Of a DNA stretch of 64,000 nucleotides, positions 24,284 through 41,073 are shown piece by piece; within the stretch, counting starts at the first letter, position 1, and each line of letters begins with the position of its first letter. A program made the translations under genes and the position numbers. The stretch comes from Amoebidium appalachense (Eukaryota; Protista; Ichthyosporea). The stretch is from positions 4,243,957-4,307,956 of the forward strand of contig CAVNZM010000016.1 in assembly GCA_963693365.1 (NCBI GenBank), read 5' to 3'. Below the pieces are notes generated by a model. That model was not told where the DNA came from, did no database searches, and saw only the letters and a program-made list of their open reading frames with translations.

Positions 24284-25865
24284 CAATGTAAAACAGCGCT
24301 GATGCTGGATTTTCGAAAATAGCTGAATGGTGAATGAAACGAACTGTACTGGTCGCTTTTGTCTTTGTTGAGCGCTTGGGTGCTGCGTTGTCGATATGGC
24401 TGTTCATACAAAATTCGAAGAGGCAACAATGCTACTATTTTCTGCAAACACTATGTGAAATCTGTGCGCACATAATCTTGTAACCTTTGTGTTTATGCAG
24501 GAAATGATACAGCTTCCTGATGTAATTGTTTAGTCAGGACCATGTAGTATTGCAGCACACAGTCGTAACGTCACGCTTGGACACTTTATAGCAATACCTG
24601 AGACGGATATGTGTAAGCTGTTGTTGAAACATGTACACCCTCCCGGTAACTACATCAACATGCTTATCCTTTTTTTTAGCTTCACCGATTTGGATCCTCA
24701 TATATATTATTTACCCTTTGAAGATGTATTTCTGCCTAGTGTATGGCTTGACATAAGGGACTTGTAACTAAGAGATCTCGATAGCCTTTTTCTTTCAAGT
24801 ATTTTGTTATTTTTTTATATTTATCTTTTGCTCTTAACAAAAGTTTGTATGAATGCGAACTGACAGTCAGAGCCTGGATGCCTGCAGCAGTCAGTGGTGA
24901 TCAGGACCACCGTTTATAATAGCGAAGTGCCAATGGACACTCAGCAATCGTTTTGCTTTGCATCAACATCAAAGGCTCCATCAGGGTTATGGGTGTGAGA
25001 TCCACGCCCGTCTTTTCTCAAGTTCAAATGCACCGATTGCCATTTTGAATGCTCTGGACGGGCCGCTTTATAAAACATTACTCTGCAAAGTATTAGAACA
25101 GAAAGCCTTCCTTATATGATTGGGTAGAGTGTTCTATTTAGGGAGCTGCTAATATATTGGTCAGGGTTTTGTCTTGGCCTCTGGATCTATTTCATGATCA
25201 TGCCGCTCTGGCACTGGGACTACACAGGGGATCTCCCCATTTCCGCACTAGCAGGCACAGCTAGATCGGAAAATTTCTCCCCGCTTCTCAGGTAAACCCA
25301 GGCCAGCCCCCTCCTACTCCCCGCACACCATCAATTACGGTTGTGTTGTACGCGAGTCAAATACTCTATAAGATTTGTAGTGAGCCGCTTGGTCATGGAA
25401 AAGTGTGGGCTTGCCTATTATAAAATTATGGTGAGCTGCCTGAGAAAGTTTGGGCTTGTAAAGATCTCAGTGCCGCATTCACTGAACTTCAGATTTTTTT
25501 TTTTGCTGATCTCCCTCCTTAGTCAGATCTCAAAGCAGTCTGTTTTCCCCCCCTTAGCTAGATCTCAATCTAAGCTTAGGCAGCCGAAGATATTCGGTTA
25601 TATCCACTGGCGCCAGCCGTACCTCCAACATCTCCACCGATCTAATGTTGTGTGATGTCCTAAGGACCTTCATAATTCATAGATCCCTACAGGCATCTGT
25701 GGTATGTAAAAGATGCCAGTGTTTCGCTGCACACTACACGACGTCTGAGAGCCCAAATCCGTTTGTTGGTTTGCGAAGTCACCAGAAACATTACTGAGAA
25801 AATGCACCGCGGCCATGTAGTATACATGCTGGGTTTAATACGGTGTTGGCAAGTGCACGTGAAGA

Positions 25866-25980
25866 CAGCGGTTGATTGCTCTCTTGTGATGCTGCTCCAA
25901 CCCAAATCATATCTAAAGTGATAAACTTTAGCGGATATGATTTGGGTTGGAGCAGCATCAAAGAGAGCAGTCAACCGCTG
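25866..25980 (+). ncRNA. Long imperfect hairpin, candidate pre-miRNA or hairpin RNA
   Basis: Arms 25866-25919 and 25925-25980 pair over about 53 bp with one G-U pair, a 1-nt bulge, a 3-nt bulge and a 5-nt loop. No TSD. Expression unknown. Confidence 0.45.
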
Positions 25981-25982
25981 AC

Positions 25983-26098
25983 GGGGGGGAAGAGGGGGGG
26001 GGGGGGGGGAGGGGGGGGGGGGGGGGGGGGGAAAGGGAGGGGGGAGGCCTGAAGGGTGAAGATAGCCCCTTTAATGGGGAGGGCGCTCGAGGGGGGGT

Positions 26099-26131
<33 letters not shown>

Positions 26132-26193
26132 GGGGGAGAAGAGGGGGAGGGGGGCCAGGCCGCGGGGAGGGGGGAGAAGGGGGGGGGGGGGCT

Positions 26194-26229
<36 letters not shown>

Positions 26230-26394
26230 AGGAGAGGGGGGAGGGGGAGGTGAGGGCGGGCCACATGATGGGGAAGGGCAGGGCGGCCCGGGGGGGAGGA
26301 GGAAGGGGGGAGTGGGAAAAAGGGGGGGGGGTGGGGGAGGGGACAGAGGGATGGGGGGGGGGGGGGGGGGGGGGAGGGTGGGGGGAGGATGGGG

Positions 26395-26433
<39 letters not shown>

Positions 26434-26558
26434 AGGGGGGGGAAGGGGGAGGGGGAGGTGAGGACGGGCCACATGATGGGGAAGGGGAGGGGCGGCCCGG
26501 GGGGGAGGAGGAAGGGGGGAGTGGGAAAAAGGGGGGGGGGGGAGGGGGGAGGGGACAG

Positions 26559-26589
<31 letters not shown>

Positions 26590-26630
26590 AGCAGTGGTGC
26601 TCATGATCAGGAAGGGGGTGGGTGGGTGCG
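25983..26630. repeat. G-rich tract containing a ~210-bp tandem duplication
   Basis: GGGCCACATGATGGGGAAGGG occurs at about 26258 and 26466 amid G-runs. Confidence 0.85.
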
Positions 26631-26659
26631 GTAGTTCTGAGATGGTTTGATGGTCGTTT

Positions 26660-26860
26660 TACAATTTATTTACAGTACTAGTAGGTATTTGCAGTATGTA
26701 TTTACAGACTGCGTATGTATTTACAGTATGTATGATAAGTTACAATATGTATTTACAGTATGTATTTATGGTATGTACTTACAGTATGTATTCATAATCA
26801 ATCAACGGTATTTACATTATGTATTTACAGTATCTATTTACAGTATGTATTTATAGTATC
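26660..26860. repeat. Degenerate 13-bp minisatellite (ATGTATTTACAGT)
   Basis: About 10 imperfect copies. Confidence 0.85.
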
Positions 26861-27349
26861 ATTGTCATATTGTTGAACGAAAGTTGTAGGCTAAGCAGTA
26901 AACAGTTACGTACAGTTACACTGCCTGGGCATGATCATTCAGGCTTGTCATGAGACTCCTGGCCTTAACACACAACTGCATGGCAAAACGGTACTGAATT
27001 AGGAATTATATGGCCATGATGGCATTTGATACATCGGATCGGTGTCTAGGCGGAAGACGGTAAGCTTCCCTGAGGCAGTGCCTCACAGGGAGTGAAACGG
27101 GATATAACTAAACAAACATTTGATACATGTGACCGACGTTACTACTACATACATACAGTTGTCATAGATTGTTTTGAGGCATGTTATGATAATGGCCGTA
27201 GTACGCGCGTGCAACACTCATTGTGAGGTACATGTGTTGTCACGGCTCCAGTGCCATCCGGACATCATGATTGATTTGACGATATTTGGTATAAGGGAAG
27301 CCTTAAAGGAGATGTGTGCGGGAGGGCGCCGGAAACAGGGGTCGAGAAG

Positions 27350-31320
<3,971 letters not shown>

Positions 31321-32535
31321 AGTATCCCTTATTAGTATAATTAAAAGTAGAAGCGTGGCCACTAAAACCTTTTATTAGCACTCAGTGTACCGTATATAAT
31401 AAAACATACATGTGTACACGACTGTGATTCATCGATAGATCTGCCGCGCAGGAGTCGGCTGAGTCGCCGGGATGTATCAGGACCGTCACGGCCGGTCGAC
31501 AAGGCTCAGCCATGCAGAAGGCTTTCATGAATCTGCTGCCCGTGGGCGAAAGTCTTGCAAGATCGACGTGTGTGTGTGTGGTGTGTGTGTGTGTGTTTCT
31601 TTTGTGCCTGGTTCATGTGGCAGTGTATGCTAGCGCTGCACGTCTGCCACACGGTTTGCGCATACGGCATACCACATTCCGAACGTCTTCTGCGCTTCGC
31701 GGCTTTCCATTGGCGGCCGCATGCTTATGACATTGAATTCCAGGGTTTTGCTTTCGCAAAATGCATACCACTTTCATCATATCAAATCGCATAAACAAGC
31801 CCCTCACATGCACACACACATATACACACACGTATGCACGCACGCACACATATACACACATATATGTTTGTTTTCTATATGTACATCTACTAGGATTAAG
31901 CTGTGGCGCATGCCAGCACAGTACTCGCGGCCGCGCGCCTGGGTCGCTAACTTATTTTGCCGGCAAGATTCCACCTGCTTTCCAAATTTGAACGTGCTGA
32001 ATTCCATCGTGACGTCAGAGTATCTTATTTCAACTCTTGCCAAAAATTTTGTTGCCGACATATTTCAACTCAATCCGACAATTTCTTCCCCGCGATCGCG
32101 ATTGCCAAATTTGGCACTACTTATTTTGCCCTTTTTGTACTTGATCGAGGCTTCCTTGCAAGTTGCAACTGTATTGCTTTTCATTATCCCCTGGGGTACC
32201 AAGTCATGGGCTCACAGCTGCAGTTACCTTCTTGATAGTATAACCTCCATATACACGAAATGCATAAATAACTAATAGAAAAATAGGTGAAATAGGTATT
32301 ACTTGTTTGTCTTTTTTCCAGTTCTTCAAAATATTGTTATAATTAGTTGCCCCTTCGGTCATTCAAGTACAGACTACAGAACAGAGAGCTCTCACTCATG
32401 GACCGTGGTATGGATGCATGTGTGGATAATATTCACTAGTGTTTCCTATTGGTTGGTTTGTTTACTCTGAACGGATTGGTGCAAATGGACAGCCGAACTT
32501 TCCATTGGTCGAAGCTGCAAAAATGGCGCTAGGCC

Positions 32536-34621
32536 CTTGCAAAAATATCCTGCATATCTTTTGATATTCAGGGGCCAATTCGATATTTGATACATCTCGT
32601 GATATTTAGGGGTTAGGCAGGATATATCGACTGACACCGTACTGATCATTATCGCTTTTTGGGAGCTTTGGCAGGATACATTTCTCCTGCTGTACGTATG
32701 GATACCACCCTAGTAGATAAGTCTGTATGGTGCTCTGATGTTGATATTGCCTGGGAAGTTGTGCAGTGGCGTTGTAATTCTTGTTTTCATCGCCGCTGGT
32801 GCCACCTTTGTGCTGAACTTTTTAATCGCGAGCATGTTGATAGGTGTGAGTTTTTATGTCGCGTTTTACCTCTTTCCCTACGGGTGTCTGCTACACTAGC
32901 TGGCAATGTGAACACTTTAGACTTTTTGTTGAATTCTGTTGGTCGTCACATTGAGTATTTATATGATTTTCACACAGTGTCCAGGTATCTCAGTATGCTA
33001 ACTCGTGAAGTTTTTATTGCCTTCTCAGCACGGTATGCCGTGCATACTTGCATATCTTTCCGTCGAATAAATCCAGTCAAAAGAAGACAGATATTCAGGG
33101 GACGGATAAAAAAATGATATATCATAAATATCTTTCGGGGCATGATATATCCCGGTTTTAGAAACGGGATATAACCCTTGCTTTCAATGTAAAAATATGG
33201 TGAAAAACTCAACAAAAAGTTACAGAAAACTCACATTTCGCACTTCCTGCACTACCAAATCTTTTTTTTTAAGCCTAAAAAGGGCCTAAAAGCGACCGGA
33301 TTGCTTCAGATTGCCCTTTGATTGACAACCTTTAGGTATATTACTCCCTGAAGGGATCTCACCAAAATAGCGGAAATCGGAACAAATTCCCGTTTATTTC
33401 CTTATTTGGGTAAACGCAAAGATATTTTTCGTGATATTCAGGAATCGGGATATTTCGACTTGATATTCAGGTCAAAGTCGAGATACTTTTGATATATCCT
33501 GTGATATTCTGGGGCCTTTAAGATATTTTCTACTCGTGAAGTTTTTAATGTTTTCTCAGTATGCCGTGCATACTTGCATATCTTTCCGTTGAATAAATCC
33601 AGTCAAAAGTTTTTTTTTTTTTTTCCAAATGATATTCAAGGGCTTTTGCCGGGATACTTTTTTCCCAATTCTTCACCATGGCAGGTATATAAAGGCTTTC
33701 GTTTTTTCTTTTTGTGGTGGGAAGGGGTCCCACTCAGGGGAACGTGATACTGTGTGTGTGTAGTGCGGCCTTGTCTATTCCTACTGTTGTGAGAGTGTGG
33801 GGACATCTCCCTTCCGCCGCGGAGTTTCTCGCGCCTTGAGGAGTGGTTTCTTCGACATCTGGTGGCCCACTAGTACTGCAACTTATGGTGACTTCTACAC
33901 GCTATCTACGCTTCAAGAGTTATTGTTTGACGGTGGGCTGCTGCAACTTCTTCAACTGCTTCTGCGCTGCGTGAGTGGAGGGGTAGCTACTGGGTCGTCG
34001 AGGAGCTTTCCTTGTGGCTGCCGTGTTTTCAGCCTTCAGCAGTATGGCAATGACTGGGTTTGCTTTCATGCATTCTGTAGTTGTGTTTTCCTGTGTGTCC
34101 TGCCACAACTAGGCCACCTTATCAAAGAGTTAGAGACAGTGTCTGCGGCTTTTCCAGGGGACGGGTCCGTGGGGATTGTTTTCTCGCTTGGATTTGGTCT
34201 GCATTCACTCTTTAAAGGGCCGACTTGCTTGCTGTGCCCCGGTAGGTTTTGAGACTGGGCCTGTTGCCAATGGGGGGCAGCAGTAAATGATGTCTTCTTG
34301 CGGAGTGTGGCCTGGTCATCATCGCTGCATATGACTAGTTGAGCAAACTAGTTTCACGCAACACGTGCACTTGTACCTTTGCCCGCTGGTGTCCTTTGGT
34401 CGTCTTGTTGTTTTATTTTTATTTCATCGCTGTGGCTCTTTCGAAGTCGGTTATTTTGGTGGTCATGTAGCCTGTGGCTGCACGTTGCCTTCATATCCAC
34501 TGGACCACTGATCAATAAATCCCAGTCAAGAGGGAAAAAAAAGATATTCAGGGCAGCATTCGATATTTTCGTGATATATCCCGAATGATATTCAGGGCAA
34601 AAAACGGGATATTTTTGCAAG
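32536..34621. mobile_element. ~2.1-kb non-autonomous TIR element with GATATTCAGG subterminal repeats, containing LINE fragments
   Basis: 15-bp inverted repeat CTTGCAAAAATATCC (32536-32550) / GGATATTTTTGCAAG (34607-34621), with about 8 GATATTCAGG-like motifs. No clear TSD. Confidence 0.7.
32635..33086 (+). mobile_element. 5'-truncated LINE copy (ORF2 C-terminus and tail)
   Basis: Near-identical to 20375-20850: WRCNSCFHRRWCHLCAELFNREHVDRC...LDFLLN. A shorter third copy lies at about 33531-33609. Confidence 0.9.
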
Positions 34622-35591
34622 CTGAATGGCGCGCTCCCCGCCCGGCGGCCTTGGACGGGTGGGTCCGTGATCATCAGATTACGCCAGCACTGCAATCTTA
34701 CAGACCAGAAAAACATATCATGCTCGTGAACACGATTAGGTTTTTTTACATGCTTAAGTTCTGTTGTTAAAATTTTGGGTAAGTCATCTAAGGCTCTATT
34801 CTATGTGACGTTGACAGATATACATGTTGTCGAGGGTCGGACGAGGGCCTGTGAACAGAAATTCGCCGATTGGTTCCGAGCGCACCTGGGTCCATGCCAT
34901 GTCGTTTCAACATGTCTCGCTTCACTAAGTTACACTGTGTTGCAGGGCTCAGGCGACTATTTTTTCCAATCAGGTTATCCGAACATGATGTTGAAATTTC
35001 ATTTTATTTTTCCTATACATGCTACTGGTGCTAAACTACTGACAGTAAACTAATATTAGCATTACATATGCTCTTTGTCGAAATTCGGAAATGTGTACAA
35101 ATGTGCCATCAGTAGATGGTCCCCCCTGAGTCACAGCGGCAGTCCGTGACCATCACCCTTAAGCCAATAAAAACGTTGCACTATTTAACAGCCAATCACT
35201 ACTCGAATGCGCACATTCTAAAAAGCATGGTCAGACTGGTCAGTGGTCACACACCCCCGGGCCCGGCCCACGGGGCCCCACTGGGCCACCCCTGCCCACG
35301 GTCGACCCCACAAGTGACTCATACTCATTCGAAAATGTTTATGTTTCAATGGTGCCATCACTGCCATGTCATATCAGCAGGGTGGGAACTTCCTTTTTTG
35401 GAACTGCAGCGGATGCCATTTTAGCAACACACTTTCCCCCTGTCTGGATGGCAGTAATAGAGCAGCCAACTGTTTTTAGGGGATATTTTTAATAGTTTTT
35501 GGCTGTATTTTAAGATCTTTAAATCGTGGGCCTAACTTCAAACAATTTTCGGTGTTTCAGGGACCATATGGCATTGACACAAACAGCACCC

Positions 35592-35634
<43 letters not shown>

Positions 35635-35929
35635 TGACGCACAATTCTGTGGCCATAAACCGCCTTTATAATAATTTTACAGCCTGGTACAGTACTCAGC
35701 CTGGCCGGCAAATGACGTTCGAACTCACTATCTCAATTATGTAGTTGTAATAAAACCAAGCAGCATGTAATAAATATATAAGCATACAGCAAGATGGCTT
35801 TCTTGATAGTACCGCACCAAATAAGAGTCTTTTCTTTTGTTGACAGACATATGCGCTGCTCATATCGTAACTTACTTGATAAATGCTCTGCATTACAGTA
35901 ACTACACCGACGTGCGATTATCACTGCGA

Positions 35930-35984
35930 TATCGACTCAAGGCCTCCTAAATAGGTGTGCTATTTAGGAGGCCTTGTATCGACT
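35930..35984. mobile_element. P-element-type excision footprint or minimal element
   Basis: 8-bp direct repeat TATCGACT (35930-35937, 35977-35984) flanks a perfect 17-bp inverted repeat CAAGGCCTCCTAAATAG with a 5-nt spacer. Confidence 0.85.
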
Positions 35985-36991
35985 CCATGTCCATTATCTC
36001 CGATATACGGTCGGTGCACGTTGGCAGGACCAGGTTCATATAAATTTTTAGTGTTTTTGGGCCCATATATCATGGCAACGTTGGCAAACTGATAAGCTAC
36101 GGTTGGTCGGTTGCACCATGCCACGGCCATCTGTGTTTCTAGATGGCCGTGCAGTGCGTGCACCATGCGTATGAGGGCACGGTTGGTCGGTTGCACCATG
36201 CATGAGGGCCTTGCTTGACTCATGCGATGGTATGTATACGCCTGCGGCCTAGCCTTGCCAAGTGCATTCAATGCATATGACTCCTATGTACGGACAACCA
36301 CGTCATTTCAGTCAACAACAACACAACTGTATACACAACTCACGTTTTAATTTATACCTCATGTCCGTACTCCTCTTTCAAAAGTTGCTGCTCAGTAAGC
36401 CTGTTCGTGTTTCGGTGTAGGCGTACGGGTGCAGAATTCTGACAAGCGGCCTGTGCACTCTGTTGTTTGAACAGATCTTTTTACGTTATCCACAAGTTGC
36501 GTCGTTTTATTTGAACACTAAACTGATCCTTGCTCCTCTGTCTAGATTTCTGTAAAAACAACTTGGAAAATACTTCGCACTTTGACTGAGTTCTGTTGAC
36601 CAAAATCGGATGCCGATTACTCGCCACTACTGGGACTAGTTGCATTTACAAGCCTTGTGAGTCGCATTGAACGTTTCCTATAGAACTGGGCATCGGTGCT
36701 CACATGTTCAAACTAGCTGGTAAGCTCCGACGCACTTACAGAAATGTATTCCGCTATATGAGCCATGCTGAGAAACCCCCCGTTATTAGTATTCACTTTT
36801 GCGGTAGTTACATAGATAACTGCAACTGGTACCACCTCGTTACTAAGCAACTACTTGGCACACACACAGTCTTTATCTAATATTATATACCGCGAGGCAA
36901 CGCACTTGCGTAAGCGGTGACGAAGAATTAGTATTTTCAACAAGTCGCATGGCTGGATGCAACGTGCAATTCAAACTTTTACGGAAAATGC

Positions 36992-37777
36992 ATGAAGAAG
37001 ACAACAGCACCGACACCACGGAGGGGAGCATCACGCTGTGTGAACAGCTACCAGAGTCCCCCCTCTCTCGTTCTTCAAGCGCACGCTTCGAGCGGCCGCG
37101 AAGATTTTTCCACCCCTGATGGGTTTTGGGCTGTGGCCCTTCTAAACGATCTCATGTCGAGAATGCTATCCGAGCTGCCCGCCCGCCGGAGATGGATAAA
37201 GAGGGATCCTGGTGATAAAACGGGAACATGTTTTTACTTTCCGTATAAATCACTGAGATGTAGCAAGGGGAGTGACGTCGTGGACTTTGTTATCCAATAT
37301 TTCGAAAACAATGGATGGGAACATGTGACGAGGGCAAAGGCGCGTGCGTTTGCAGGGAAATTAGTCGCCATGGGGTATCTTGAGCCCGTGAATAAACTGG
37401 GGAAATCAACCGGAAAGGACAAAGTGGACGACGCTGGTAGCCCGAAAGTCAGTGCCAACATCGTCGAGTTTGAGGACAACAGACAGGTTTTTTACGTTCT
37501 GAAAATCCGGTTATGGGGCGTTTCCCCGGATTTGTACCAATCTATTCCGACCCCCGAGTCCCCCCAATACAGGTTGCATTGTCACGTGGTTCAAGGTTCA
37601 GCCGGTGGCCGTAGCAGTGTAGACGGACCCAAGGGTTTGAAATTTCGAGTACGGAACATGGGATCTGCGGCTGCGGAAGTTAGAACAGGTGTACAGACGG
37701 AGTCTTCCGGCTCTTCTAGCTATGCGTCTCCTACTCCAGACCTGAAAAACTCCCTAAGAAAGGCGTCAAAATTATGA
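36992..37777 (+). CDS. DEP-domain protein (DEPDC1/4/7-like DEP), 261 aa, uninterrupted ORF
   Basis: FWAVALLNDLMSRMLSELPARRR...CSKGSDVVDFVIQYF...VTRAKARAFAGKLVAMGYLEPV...FEDNRQVFYVL matches the DEP pattern (C..GSD.VD, R..A....Q/K.L...G, F.D....Y). Confidence 0.85.
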   Translation: MKKTTAPTPRRGASRCVNSYQSPPSLVLQAHASSGREDFSTPDGFWAVALLNDLMSRMLSELPARRRWIKRDPGDKTGTCFYFPYKSLRCSKGSDVVDFVIQYFENNGWEHVTRAKARAFAGKLVAMGYLEPVNKLGKSTGKDKVDDAGSPKVSANIVEFEDNRQVFYVLKIRLWGVSPDLYQSIPTPESPQYRLHCHVVQGSAGGRSSVDGPKGLKFRVRNMGSAAAEVRTGVQTESSGSSSYASPTPDLKNSLRKASKL

Positions 37778-39041
37778 TGTTGTCAAAGACATGATATTTT
37801 ATTTTTCCAAAATCATGATAATATATTTCTCTGGCCTTGAACTGGTTGGAAATAAAATTAGGCACCAAGGAATGGTGATGTGTGTGTGTATGTATGCGGT
37901 TCATAGGTTAACGTTGACGCTGAGGGCTTGCAATAAACTATAGTAGTGACCAGTGAATCAAAGATGAATTGTAGGATGTTTTCTCGTATGGTTTATGGTA
38001 CCGAGAGCCCTGTAAAGTCTGAACGAAACACGGAACGTTACCTCTGCTTGTAAGCGAAGTTTTGAATGTTATTCTGGGGTGTGTTTGGGTGCCTAAGGCA
38101 CCAATATTAGCATTGATATTATGTAGTTAAATATAATCTGAATATGCTTTTGGCCATTGTGGCCTTAATTTATACCTCCTGTTAGCGCCATGTTGAGATA
38201 GTTTCCCCGTGATGCACATGCAGACACGGATATCGTCACGAAGAAACTCGCTAACATATGGTTTTTCGATGCATAGTAATCTGAATGAAATTTGAGCCAT
38301 GATAAAACAAAGTGATCCGTTCTATATATCTACGGTAACTGTTTGGTTTTGATGTAAATAAATGAAAGTTCCCATGTGTGAAACAGAATTCGAAAGCATT
38401 GTGTTCACTGACAAGACGTGTGTGGATTGGACCATAAACCATTTCTTGAAATATTCAACTCCCCGTGTGTACATGTGTTCTGTTTCTTCAGCTCCTGCAG
38501 CCCATCGATTTCTTAGGGACCCTTCAAGTTAGATTTGAACTGGGCGTGTGTGTGTGGGAGGGGGAGGTGGGAAGGGGAGCGGGGGGGGGGGAGGGGGGGG
38601 AGGGGGAGGGAGCAGAAGTAATATGTGTGTGGGGAGGGGAGGGGAGTGAAGTTGGGGGGAGGGCCGGGGGGGGGGGGGGGGGGGGGGGGATACACGTGCA
38701 CATCTACACTTGTGCATGCTACCATGCACACATCTCACAATGCGTGCACACAAGCGCACAAGTTTCGTCTTCGTCTGTGTTTACAGTCTTCAAGTTCTCT
38801 CTGGACTTCCCGCATATATCCCCCTCCCTGCCCCCCATCCCCCCTCCCCCCCTCCCCCCTCCCCCCACTCCCCCCCCCCCCCCTCCCCCCCCTCCCTTCG
38901 GCCCCTCCCTTTCATCACCTGCCTCTCTGGTTCTTGACTTTTCCTTCTCAACAAACCCCCCCCCCCCCCCCCCAACCTCTGGCGTCTGCACGTGTCATCT
39001 TGGCATAAAAGTAAAGAGGGGGGCCCGGGGGAGGGGAATAG

Positions 39042-39072
<31 letters not shown>

Positions 39073-39150
39073 AAAGGGGGGGGGGGGGAGAGGTTGTCAC
39101 TGAGTGCGACCGTCGGTGCACACTCATACATGCAACCTGGTTCGGTGACA

Positions 39151-39189
<39 letters not shown>

Positions 39190-39479
39190 TTATCACGTTT
39201 TGTTCCCGGAGGGCCTTTTCAGGCCCTAGGGAAACTACCGTCTACCACACAGCACCGACAGTACACTAGTTAAGGTGCTATCTATGAGTTCAGCTAAGCT
39301 AAACCATCCTTCACAACCTAACTATAAGTACACACTTTGCCCAGGGCTACTACGCCAGCCACGCCCATAAAAAGGACACACAGGGTAGGGGGGGAAAGGG
39401 GGAGGGGGGAAGGGCGGGGGAGGGGGGGGAGGGGGGGGGGGGAGGAAGGGGGGAAGGGGGGAGGTTGGGGGGAGACGCA

Positions 39480-39651
39480 TACACACACAGTGCACCGTCA
39501 CACGGACACACACACAAACACACACACACATATTGTGATACACACACGTGCACACACACACACACACCACACACACATAAACACACCCAGTGACAAACGA
39601 GCACAAAATCCAAATGTACACACAGACATATGCACACATTTTTTCGCACAG

Positions 39652-39682
<31 letters not shown>

Positions 39683-39872
39683 CCCCCCTCCCCCAAAAAA
39701 AAACACACACACACACCGTGCACCGTGACACGGAGACACGGACACCACACACCGACATTGTGATACACACGTGCACACACACACACGCACCCCAAACACA
39801 TAAACACACCCAGTGACAAACGAGCGCAAAATCCAAATGTACACACAGACATATGCACACATTTTCGCACAG

Positions 39873-39913
<41 letters not shown>

Positions 39914-39921
39914 AAAAAAAC

Positions 39922-39955
<34 letters not shown>

Positions 39956-40238
39956 AACTCCCCACCATAAAGCGGACCCTTAGGAGAGGGGGGAGGAAAC
40001 GGGAAGGTGGGGAGGGGAGGGGGGGGAAGGGGGGGGGGGGGAGGGGAGGGGGGAGGTTGGAGGGATACACACACACACACACCGTGCACCGTCACACGGA
40101 CACACACACAAACACAAACACACATTGTGATACACAAATGTGCAACCACACACACACACACACTGCACCCAGTGACAAACGAACACAACATCCAAATGTA
40201 CACACAGACATATGCTCATATTTTCGCACAGCCCCCCT

Positions 40239-40286
<48 letters not shown>

Positions 40287-40424
40287 AAAAAAGCCCAAAA
40301 CCGGAACCCACATGCCAGGGGGGTTGAAGGGGGGAGGGGGGCCACACACACACACCGTGCACTGCAACCCGGCCGCAAACGCACACCCACACCCACACCC
40401 ACACACGCTGTGATACACACACGT

Positions 40425-40512
<88 letters not shown>

Positions 40513-40575
40513 CCAGTGACAAACGAACACAAAAGCCAAATGTACCCACAGACACATGCACACATTTTCGCACAG
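39480..40575. repeat. Four-copy composite tandem repeat with microsatellite and homopolymer spacers
   Basis: CCCAGTGACAAACGA..ACAA...CCAAATGTAC.CACAGACA.ATGC..A.ATTTT(T)CGCACAG at about 39586, 39809, 40168 and 40512. Confidence 0.92.
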
Positions 40576-40640
40576 AGGGTCCCTGTTCAGGCACCGTAGG
40601 CCCATTAGTGTAAACCGTTACACTCTCTCTTAGCCGGTTG

Positions 40641-40701
<61 letters not shown>

Positions 40702-40719
40702 TACACACACACGCGCGCG

Positions 40720-40772
<53 letters not shown>

Positions 40773-40788
40773 GCGCGCGCGCGCGCAT

Positions 40789-40854
<66 letters not shown>

Positions 40855-41040
40855 ACACATACACACACATTGACTTTTTCGGTCTGTTGATTGGTACTCG
40901 GCGAAGCAAAAGCTTCCGGAGGACTTCAAGCTAATCAGAAAAGAAATATGATCTGCTGCACAGAAGGGCTTTTCTTGTGCACAGCCTAATAATAATAATA
41001 CTAAACTAGAGCCACAGTCCCCCCTCCGAATCCCGCCGTC

Positions 41041-41073
<33 letters not shown>

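Noticed and set aside
31438-31567. Possible isolated exon before a (GT)n tract
   Set aside because: Frames are open on both strands, with no recognisable domain and no partner exons found.
33797-34252. 151-aa plus-strand ORF
   Set aside because: No motif and a GTG start. The opposite strand looks like a stop-riddled low-complexity remnant.
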